64,000 nucleotides of DNA from Vicugna vicugna (taxonomy: Eukaryota), in the NCBI GenBank assembly GCA_013265495.1, contig MU061814.1, positions 5,831,684 through 5,895,683 of the forward strand, given 5' to 3'. Of this stretch, positions 1 through 9,953 are shown piece by piece. Every line of letters begins with the position of its first letter. The first letter of the stretch is position 1. The notes beneath the pieces were generated by a model. The model ran no database searches. It saw only the letters and a program-made list of their open reading frames with translations, and was not told the origin of the DNA. A program made the translations under genes and the position numbers.

Positions 1-1373
1 CTCCCCTGCCTGCCACGCTTCCCAAGGCGAAATTCCAAATACAGGAGGCCAGCCATCCACAGGGACAGGCGAACGGGAGGCCCCAGCGGAGATCGGCCAC
101 ACCCCAGTCTGCACAGCTGGGGCCCAGCGCAGCAGGGTTGGGGTGGGGGGGAGCTGCATCCACAGAGACCTGCCCAGCCAACGGCCAGACCGCGGATGCC
201 CAGGGGAGGTAGGGGGTGGAGTGACGCTCGTGAGACTCGCGCACCGCAGAGCTGAGCGTGGCCCGGGCTCCTGGCCCAGCCGTGGACACCTCCGGCCCTT
301 CTGATTCCCAGCAGCCTGATCACAACCCCTGACCTGAAGGAACAGCCTGTGGCCAGAAGCACCCTGGACACAAGCTCCAGGCAAGCAGTACAGCTTCTGC
401 TGGGACCCCAAATCTCCTCTTGTGGGGCTGCAACAGCCTCCCCTGCAGCACCCACGTGGGGGACACACAGGCAGCACGGGCAGGTGGGGGCCACCCTTCG
501 AGCCCCTCTCCAGGCGGGGGGCTCGGAGCATGCATGGATGCAGATGGACAAGCATGCCGCCGCCCTGGGGGCCCTGACCCTGCTGTGGAGCCCCTCCTGC
601 TGCCCGCTGCTGGGCACCACGGCTCCCAGCTCCAGCGCGGACCACATGCACATGAGGACAGGTGAGCACAGCTGCCGGCACCTGCAGGGCCGCCCTGGTC
701 GGGGAGGGGGCGGGCAGGAGGGGCACCCAGAGCAAGCAGGAGGACAGACGCCCCACACGCCCGACAGCAGACAGTGGACAGAGAGGGAACGTGCCAGCAG
801 TCAGGGAGCCCACGGGGCGAAGGTCGGGCAGACTTTCACCGCCCCGTTTCCAGTCTGCCCTGAGCCAGGCCTGTACGGGGGAGGGGGAGCTGTGGACCTC
901 CGGCTTTCCGGTGTGTCTGGTGTGTCAGGACCGAGGGGCCCGGCACCCACAGGACGGAGCCGCCTCCCGCGGGCGGGCGGGTTAAGGGCAGCGGCCCTCT
1001 GCTGCGTAGTAGAGGTGCTAGATGGGCCAGCTGCAGGGGAGCGACTCGCCAGAGAGCAGTCAGAGCCTGGACGCTCCGGTGCTCTGTCGGGGTTTCAGAG
1101 CCCCCGGCCAGCCCCCCTCCTGCTGGGAGCAGAGCATCGTTTGGCTTGCAGATGAGGAAGGGCATTGGCTCCGTGACTACGTCACCAGGAGGGTTTGGAG
1201 TCAGAGGGAGCCTAGCGCTCCAGAAGCGGCTGCCAATCAGAATCGGGCCTAGGGGGCCGGGCCGGCGCCACCTCTCCCTGGTCCATCTAGAACCTCTAAT
1301 AAGCAGAGTGTCCGGAGCAGGAGGGGACAAGAGCCGTGCAGCAATGGTTGTCCGAGCGGCGTGTCCGAGGTAC

Positions 1374-1427
1374 CTAGCGTGTCCAGGGCAGCATCCACAC
1401 AGGGACTCTCTGCACCGTCTGCCTTTA
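1374..1427 (-). CDS. KCNQ2: KCNQ2 exon 12 (54 nt, alternative cassette)
   Basis: ttccag|T AAA GGC AGA CGG TGC AGA GAG TCC CTG TGT GGA TGC TGC CCT GGA CAC GCT AG|gtacct encodes (S)KGRRCRESLCGCCPGHA(S), homologous to human KGSPCRGPLCGCCPGRSS. Branch-point-like GACTAAC at 1448-1454. Confidence 0.93.
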
Positions 1428-4200
1428 CTGGAAATGAGGAGAGGACAGTTAGTCCCGGGGGCGCCGGCATCCAGGACGTGACCAGAGGGGCCTGCCCGGC
1501 GCGCGGGCAGAGGGCACAGAACCGAGCCACCGACCGACCCAGGGCAGCTCTGGGCTCCGGCCCCACTGGCTCCAGAGTTCGCGTCTGAGTGAGAGCAGCC
1601 GGGAGGCCGTGAAGAAAGTCTTCCCGCTGGCCTGGAAAAGAATAGCCCCTATTTTTGGAGGAAAAAAATTCCCTGTTTTTTCCTCCAAAAATACCTTTTC
1701 CTTCCAGCATGTAACCAGTTTTGGGACCACGTCTTTTAAAAGATGTATTATTTTTTGCTCTATTCATGCCAACAAAAAAATAATACATGGGCTAAGGCTT
1801 TGCCAGTTCTGGGAAGACAGGACTCCAGAAAGCTCACGTTTTCAGAGGAAAAACGTGCCAGTTTGGCTTCACAAACCAACCCAGCCAGCGGCCCGATCAG
1901 AGCGGCCCCGGCTTACCAGGAGACAGCAGCTGCCTCTACCTGGAGGGAGCCAAGGAGGAGGGGGCTCGGGGCACCTGGACTTGGAGGGACCGCCAAGGTC
2001 GGATCTTGGGTGAAGTCCACCCCATGCTGAGGCCCCGGCAGGGCGGAGACGGAAGGCCCACGGCCAGCCCTGCCCAAGAACCTCCCCAAAGGCCCGAGAC
2101 TCATCTCTGCACTAGAACCTGCAAACTTCTAAGCAAAAATGAAAAGAACCAGAACAAGCAAGAACTTTAAGAAACCCTTCACTTCCCCGGGGCCTCTCTC
2201 TGCCTCCACCTTCGGTGCTGTTGCTTCTGTGACAGTAGTTCTCAAACTGTGCACCTGAGCAACCCAGATGCGCCCGTGTCCTCACGTTCATTTAAACTCC
2301 AGTGGCACCTGCCAGTGTCCAGACAAGGATCTCCCCACTACGCATGAAGGACACCCTTTCTCAACACCAGCAAGCCTGCAGGTCAAGGTTCCGCAAGGAG
2401 CTTTCGCTTGGCTGCCCACGGCTCAGGGTCACTGGACCCCCCCCCCGGCCTCATCCCCCACAGAGGACCCCGCCAGCACGGCTTCCTCCCGATGGGACCT
2501 TCCCTAGTCACTTCGGGGTGTTGAACAAGATGAACTAGAGGTGGATCCCAGGCAGGACGGAGCCGTCAGGTGAGAGTACTCATGCAGGGGTCCCTAGGAC
2601 CCGGAACCTCACCCAGTGGCCCCTGAATCTGGGGCAAATGTGGTCTCCCAGGGTGCATTCTGGAGGCAGCCACAATTCCACCAGGGCCTGCTGGACAGCA
2701 AAGGACCTAAAGACCCGGACCCCACCCCCCCGCCAGCTCCTCCCGGGGTCCCCAGGCCTGCACACAGGGCCCTGCCCACCCTGCCTGGAGGCTCCTCCCC
2801 TGGGAAGAGGATGTGGCGGGGATGGTCTCTGCCTCCAGCTCCCTGGGATGGCCCCAGCTTTGACCACTCCTCCAACCTTCAAACTTCCTGCTGCCTTTGA
2901 AGCTCCCAGCAGTTGCCCCAGAAGCATCTCCCAGGCCCCGTGGCCCAACACCACCAAACGCACCATTCCGTGGGTGCAGGCAACGGCCCCGTGCCTGGCT
3001 CCCAAGCCCAGGAGACCGAAGACCGGTTCTCTAACTGCATGGAATCTTTAATTTTAGTGAAAACTTAAACAGCCTCTCGTGGCCAGTGGCTCCTGTGTGG
3101 GGCAGTGCCGTCTGAGAGCATGACAGAGCGGGGGACGGCAGGCTGCTGGCAGACGGCCCTCCCCGGGCACTGCCCCGTGGCTTTGGGGGTGGGAGGATGC
3201 CTGGCTAAAGCCCGTCTCCTCCAGGCCCCAGCCTGGCACCAGGGTTTCCTGCCCAGGTCGGCCCCATGGAACCTCACCCCATCCAGACTGCCGGCAGGCA
3301 AGCCCAGGGGACCTGGGGCCCAAGAGGGTGGGAGAGGTGCCCACAGACACTCACCAAGACCAGACTGGACAGACACGCAGGCAAGCAAGGCACACTGCCG
3401 CCTGCGACGAGGAGGGGGCCACACGGACCAGGGCAAAGCGGCTGGGGTGCAGGGGTTCCCCCAGGCACAGAGGGGCATTCAGAAACAGAGTGGGACACAG
3501 GGAGAGGTCAGAGACACACCCGGAGCAGCATAGCCCGAGACCCCCGCCCGCCTCGACCCCCAGCCCCACACCTCGATGTGGACACCCACACAGGCAAGGG
3601 AAGCGCTTCCACCTTGAGCCAGGGCCGGGGGTCTCACAGCAGCTGAGGGAGGGTTCCTGGATCCACCCTGCCCACCTGCACTTTGTGGAACAAGGTCCCC
3701 TCGCCAGGCAGCTCAGGGACAGCCCACCCCACCCTGGGCCCAGCGGCAGGACATTTTCCCGCACACCTGCTGTGCCCTGGGTGCTAAACGTGGCTCTGGA
3801 CGCCCCAGTCAGGGGAAAGAAATGCCGCCTCTGTCACCTGGTGGACAGGTGTGCATCCAGGAGAGGCAGGCCCTCTGCTCCCAGGGCCTCAGCCCAGGGT
3901 CCCCGGGAGGCGGGCTGGTCCAGGCAGGCCCGGGAAGCCGCTGGGTCACAGGCAGGCAGGGACACAGGACACACGGGGAGGAACAGAGGGGCGGTGTGCG
4001 GGAAGCAGGGAGGAGCCACAGAACGTACCGGAGAGCCGGGGGCTCCCTGTGTCCTCACCTCGAGTCCTGCTTTCAGGGCCAGCCACCTCATCCCCAAAGA
4101 CAGAGCGGACGTGATAGGGGCCCGAGAAGGGCAGTGACATGATTAAAGGCACTTGGGGGGACAGCAAGATTTTCCAGATTGGGGGAGGGGAGGGCAGGAG

Positions 4201-4218
4201 AGGAGAGAGAGAGAGAGA
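4201..4218. repeat. (GA)n / transcript (UC)n microsatellite in KCNQ2 intron 11
   Basis: aggagagagagagagaga. Confidence 0.85.
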
Positions 4219-5539
4219 CAGGCTGAGACGACAGTTGTTGGCTGGGGAGTAAAGCAGGGCTCGAGAAGCCGCGTCCGGCCAGAGGGGCCTTGGTCCACCG
4301 GGCGGGCGGGCTGAGGCCGGAGCAGCGCCCACCAGGGCAGAGCCAAGGGCAGACCCACCTGCTTCCTCAGGCAGGAAGGGCCGAAGGCAGCGCCAACGGG
4401 GACTGACAGAACGGGACACCCTTGGGGCGCGCCGCACACCAGGCCCTGCCGCACACGTCTCCCACCCGGCCCTGACCACAGCCCCGCGTCGGGACCCCCT
4501 CGCTCCCATCCTGCGGATGAGAACGGAGCTCGCTGCCCGGGCTGAACCCTCTGGTCCCGGGTCTGAGGGGTCACCACTTCTGCTCTTTGGGCTGGTTGGG
4601 GGCAAAAGCATTGCTGACCTCCCCAGTCCCAGTCCCAGCTGCCACCCCACTTTTGGGGACGTGAGGGATGGAGGCGCAGGCCCCCTTCTGATGGAGGCTG
4701 AGGGTGGGGCTCAGCCTGACTCCTCCCCAGCCGAGTGGCCGGCCAAGCTGCCTTCGGTCCAGGTGAGCAGGCACCTCTGGACCACGGCCTGGGGAGCTGG
4801 AATCACTCTGCATGGGGGAGCGGGCACCGGGGACCCCTGAGCTCAGAGATACACAGTGACCCACACGCAGGCTGAGGTTCATCAAACTCAGAAGTTGGAA
4901 ACTGACCTGGATTTTCTATTAAACACTAGGAAACTAGCAGGCTGCCAGCACGCCTTCGCTGCCCCCAGCAGAGGCGGCCCGTGGGGGTCCCTACACCCAC
5001 CAGTCTCTAACTCCCAGAAGTAACAGAGCTGCAGGGGCCTGAACAGACACGGGGAGGGGGAGCTCCAGCCCCACCGAGGGGCTGTGAGGGGGTGGGAGAC
5101 TCTGCCCAAAAGGGGACCCTCTCCCACTCGTCCAGGAAACTTCAGCAAACGGGACTTGCCAGTGGGTGGAGCGAAGACGCCTCGGTAGAGTGGCCCCACC
5201 TTCCACCCTCTGCCCCGACCCGCAGTGTCGGAGGGAGACCTGTCCACTCAGAACGGCCCTGTGCCTGGACTGGCAGGCGTGCTCTCCCAGAAGCCCCTGC
5301 CTTCGAGGGGCTGCATCCTGGGTGGGAGGCGGGAGGGAGCTGCCCCTAGGCTATGAGCCAGCCCCGGGCCCTGGGAGGGGACATGCACACAGCAGGTGAT
5401 TTAAGGGCCCACATCACCGGCGGGCAGGGGTCTGCACACAGTTCCACACGGGAGCACGCCCAGGCCCCACGACAGCCCTCGGCTACCGGGTGACACGCAG
5501 AGCAGGCACGGAGGGAGCAGGAGGCAGACGGGCACTGAC

Positions 5540-5569
5540 CTTGGCGAGGGCTCCGGCTGAGGCTCCTTC
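5540..5569 (-). CDS. KCNQ2: KCNQ2 exon 11 (30-nt microexon)
   Basis: tttgaag|G AAG GAG CCT CAG CCG GAG CCC TCG CCA AG|gtcagt encodes (R)KEPQPEPSP(S); human is KDPPPEPSPS. Confidence 0.93.
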
Positions 5570-6441
5570 CTTCAAACAGAAGCACAAGACTATTAGCAGC
5601 CGGCCCGCCATGTAGAACCCAGCACAGACCCCACACCCAGCCCAGGCCCGCCCCCATGCTCCCACGGGCGGGTGTCTGCGTGTGAGGGGTGCAGAAACAG
5701 CCCCCCGTCTGAGGGCCCCTGGGGGAACCCGGAAGGGGCCACAGGAAGCTCTGAGCCTGAGGTCACTACCTCCCCACACGTGGGGGCACGCATTTTAATC
5801 AGAAGCACCAACATTAACAAAGTTTCAAAGAGGCACGTGAGGGAGGCACTGGAGGTGGTCAACTTCCGCGGTCGACGTTCAGGCCAGACATCAGCTGAGA
5901 CGCTCCCGCCGCCGTGGGCTTGACGGAATTGCCACTCTTGGAGGGTGGGCTGGCGCCGAGCCCTGGGCGCGTGTCCCCAGGTCCTGGTCTGCTTGGGCTG
6001 GTGACCTCCACGAGCGAACACCGAACAGAAGGCTGAGGGCTTGGACTGCTCTTGGTTGGTCCACGGACAACTACCGGCCAGCCCCGCAGGTGCCTCGGGA
6101 CGGCGGTGCTCACACTGGTCTGTTGTGTCACCAAGCGGGCGCTCCGTGCACGTCCAAAGTCTTTGCAGAACAGGCTCTGTGTCACCATGACACTGGCAGA
6201 GCCAACGTGACAACGAAGACAAGACGGTGTGGCCAGACAACCTGCTTGGGGCTGGGGTCTCTGGGGACCGACCCCCGGAACTCACACCCTCGGGAATAAC
6301 ATCCACCCCAGAGGGACTAGCTCAGAAACGCGAGTGGAGGCCCCGTGGGCGCCCCATGCCGACAGCGCCACTGGGAGCTCGACGTTTAGAGCTGCCCTGG
6401 GCACTCTCAGCCCGGCCCGGGGCCGTCCGTTTCCCGGGACG

Positions 6442-8494
6442 TGTCAGGTTCCTGGGAGGCCAAAAGCAAGGCAGCACAGACCTGCACTGAAAACAACAGA
6501 AACACGCCCTCTCCCAGCTCTGGAGACCAGACGTCCGAAGCCAACGCGTCCGTCAGGCTGGGCTCCCTCCAGCTGCCCTGGGAGGGTCCTTCCTGCCCCT
6601 CCAGCTCCTGGAGGCCCCGGCCTGGGCTCATGGCTGCCTCCCTCCAATCTCAGCGGATGCGTCTCCTCAGGACACTTGTAAATGGCTCTGGGATCCACCA
6701 GACAGCCCAGGACGAGCTCATCCAGAGACCCTTAACCACAGCGGCAAACAAGGCCCATTCACGAGGCTCCAGGGCACGGACCCGTCTTGGTGGAGCCACC
6801 ATTCAACCCACTACAGTCCATCCCCCAAAGTTCATGTCCACTTTACATCCAGAACACATTCACCCCAAGCCAACATCTCTCAAAGACCCAGCCCGCTACA
6901 GCATCAGCTCTGTGTCCAAAGCCTCACTTCAGCCCACAAAGTCCCGAAGGTCATCGTCTCAATCACCTGAATCCGGTGTGAGCGGCTCTGGGTGTGGTCC
7001 GTGAGTGGACCTGTGAACCCAGAAGGCAAGTGATCTGCTCCAAAATGCAGCGGCAGGACTGGCACAGGCCAGACGCGCCTGTTCAAAACGGGAAACCAGG
7101 AGGAACAGCCACCGGTCACCCACATTTGAAATCCCACAGGGCAAATCCACTTGGTTGGAAGCCCCTTGCCCACCTCTGTGCTCCTGGCTCCCTAAGCCTC
7201 GGCCCGCACCCCCGGCCGAGGCATCGTCCCTCCTCCTGGAGGGCCACACGTGCACAGCCAGCCGACTGGCTCCACCAGCCTGCTTCCCGCGGCGGAACCC
7301 CAGGGCTGCCGTGTTCCTGCTTTCTGCCCACCTCCCTCCCTCGCTCTTGGTCCAGGCAGGCAGTGTTTCTGCCAGAATGAAACTCCTAAAGCCTCGTGGG
7401 CACCCGCACATGCCCCAGGAGGGACCTCTGCCCGGTGACCCACCCTAGTCCCGCTCCTGCCAGGAGGGCCGGTCGCACCCACGACCACACACCGGTCTCC
7501 CCCACGACAGCCGTCCAGCCACGCCCATGGCCCTCTCTCCAGAGCACGCTCTCCTGGACCCAGGGTCCTGGTTCATGGTCCTGTGCACCCTGGACGGGCC
7601 CGGGCCGCTCCTGCCTCCACCCCCTTCTCTCCACCTGCGTTTTCCCACAAGCAGCGAGGAGACACCAGGCCCACGGCCCACACTCTGCCTGGAAATCTCC
7701 TCACTAAACGTCCAGGTTCATCGAGTGCAAGTTCTGGGATGGGATTCGGCCACTTTCTATGCCATTTACAGAAAGGGTCACCTTTCCTCCAGTCCCCAAC
7801 AACTCGCCTCATGCCAACCGAGCCCTGCCTCTGCGTCGTATGTAGAGCAGTCACGGCAATTCCTGCATCACGGGACATCCCCATGCGCCTCAGTCATCGT
7901 GCCTGCCAGCTCCCACGGGAACCGATTTTAACGTCCGTATTCCCACCAACTGCCTCTCCCAGGCAATCTGGGCCTTCTCTCTTGTGCTCTTCAAAACGCT
8001 GCCGCCGTCATCCAATTCCAACCACTCTCCAGTCTCAGCCTGGCAGCACCCCACCTCCCGGCCCCAAAATCCCTGCTCGGCTGCCAGAGCTGCTGCGATG
8101 CTGCACCACAAGCAGGGCAGCTTAACTAAATCACAGAAGCGCGTCCTCGCCCAGCTCTGGAGGCCAGGCTCCAAAATCAAGATGTCAGCAGGGCGACCCC
8201 TCTGGGGCTCCAGGAAGGGTCTTCCTCGGCTCCCCAGCTCCTGGTGGCCTCAGGCATCCCCTGGCTGGCGGCCATCTCCCTCCAGTGTCTGCCTCCGCCC
8301 ACGTGGCCATCTTCAGTGTCTTGTGAAGGACACGTGTCATTGGCTGAGGGCCCACACTGATCTAGGAGGACCTCACGCTGAGGCCCTTCACTTAATCACA
8401 TTCACAGAGATTTCTTCCAGATAAGGTCCCATTCACAAGTCGCAGGACATGGACATATCTCTGCAGGGTGGAGGCCACCATTCAACCCACGACG
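6442..8494 (-). mobile_element. Two-LTR MaLR provirus (MLT1C-like): 3'LTR 6442-6815, internal 6816-8073, 5'LTR 8074-8494
   Basis: Both LTR 5' ends share ccaccattcaaccc(a)c on + (rc of the MLT1 start TGTAGTGGGTTGAATGGTGG). The internal region starts gattttgg...ggggtgctgc on minus and resembles MLT1-int. No convincing target-site duplication. Subfamily is from memory. Confidence 0.8.
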
Positions 8495-8942
8495 GCTGCT
8501 CACCCCGAGGAGGGTTCTTCAGTCGGGGAGCCCCGTGGGCACCGTCCTTGCCTCTCTCCCATCTGCAAGCTTGTCTCCCATGCACATCCGTCTCTGTCCA
8601 GCACTCTGGGAGTCGCAGATTTTGTGTTCATGGGAGAACCGGCGGTTACCACCCACATGTGTGTCCACTCAATGCTCCAGGGAGATGCGGGGCTGGACTC
8701 TGCCTCCCACCCGCAGCCAGAGCTTCCTGGCCCCACGTGGAGGTCCACCCTCTGCCCCACCCTCACAAGCAGCCGCCCTTGGGATGGGAGCCTAGGGCAG
8801 GGTCGGCAAAAGCGGAAACCACCAGTAGCACCGGGTCCCGTGGCCAGCCCACCGGGAGCGCCCCGGGGCTCGGCGGCAGCCGGGGCCCCTCAGGAGTCCC
8901 AGACACCAGGGCCCCGAGCTCCAGCCTGCAGCACCCGCTAAC

Positions 8943-9011
8943 CTGAAGGTGAGGCCAGATTTACTCTTGAGGTTCCGCAGCAGCTCCAGCTGGTTGAGTG
9001 GCGGGATCAGT
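8943..9011 (-). CDS. KCNQ2: KCNQ2 exon 10 (69 nt)
   Basis: cag|A CTG ATC CCG...TTC AG|gttagc encodes (R)[22 protein letters not shown](R). Confidence 0.96.
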
Positions 9012-9903
9012 CTGCAGCGAGAGGAGAGGGCAGTGAGCCCCCGCCACGCAGCCCAGGGCCCTCACCCCGCCCTCACTGGGGTCACCTCGCACACGGGGCA
9101 GGCGGCGCCCGGGGGACTCGGGCTGCGCCCTGTCACAGGCAGAGAGGGGGACTTCACGCGGCCCGGGCTGGCGTCTCCACCGCTGGGGCCGGGACAGCAG
9201 CCACACTCCCCGGGGGGACTCTCCAGGGGCTTGGCCCTGGCAGTGGGCGGTGCCCAGGCCGTCCCTAGAGACCCGGCCCTGCCCACATGGAGCGGGCCCA
9301 GCACAGCCCTGGAAGACAGGGGCTGGGGGCTTCTCCCAAGCCCTGAGCACCCCCTGGGGGCAGCACAGTGGCAAATGCAGCCCCCCAACGTCCTGAGGCT
9401 CCCCGACCCGTCTCCTCAGAGCCACACTCTCTGCCAAAGCTGGGGCGGGGCCGAGGTCAGTGGGAAGGGCTGTGCCAGGCAGAGAGGCCCACTGGTCTGT
9501 AGGTGAGCCTCCAGGACGGCTGGAGGAGAGGCCCAGGACCCTGCACCACCTGGCCTGGCTCTGTTCCAAGGCCCCTCCTCCCAAACCAAGTCACGGCCAC
9601 CAGGCCCACATTCAACACTGCAGCCACCAGGCAGGGAATCCGAGAGGTGAATCAAGTTTCCTTGTGATGCCAGCGGCGGGCTGCACACCTGGGAGGTTCC
9701 CGGGGAAGCCCAGGCTCCCCACTCCGGCCGTAGGAGCCTCGGGTCCTCACTAGGTCTGCAGAGACTCCTGCTCCCCACCCACCCCCAACCCACCCCTCAC
9801 CCACCTCCTCCCAGCTCACTGTCACCTTCTGCCCCTTCACAGGTTCTCGTCTCTTTGCCCTGCTTCCTGACCCTGGTCTCTCCTTCCTGACCCAGCCTGA
9901 CCC

Positions 9904-9953
9904 GCTGTGACACCCCCACCGCTGTGACACCCTCAGTGCTGTGACACCCCCAC
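9904..9953. repeat. 17-bp tandem repeat x3 (core GCTGTGACACC)
   Basis: Cores at 9904, 9921 and 9938. Confidence 0.85.

Noticed and set aside
3047-3052. Intronic AUUAAA poly(A) signals on the KCNQ2 strand (also 5794-5799)
   Set aside because: Hexamer only; no clear nearby downstream U/GU-rich element, so not supportable.
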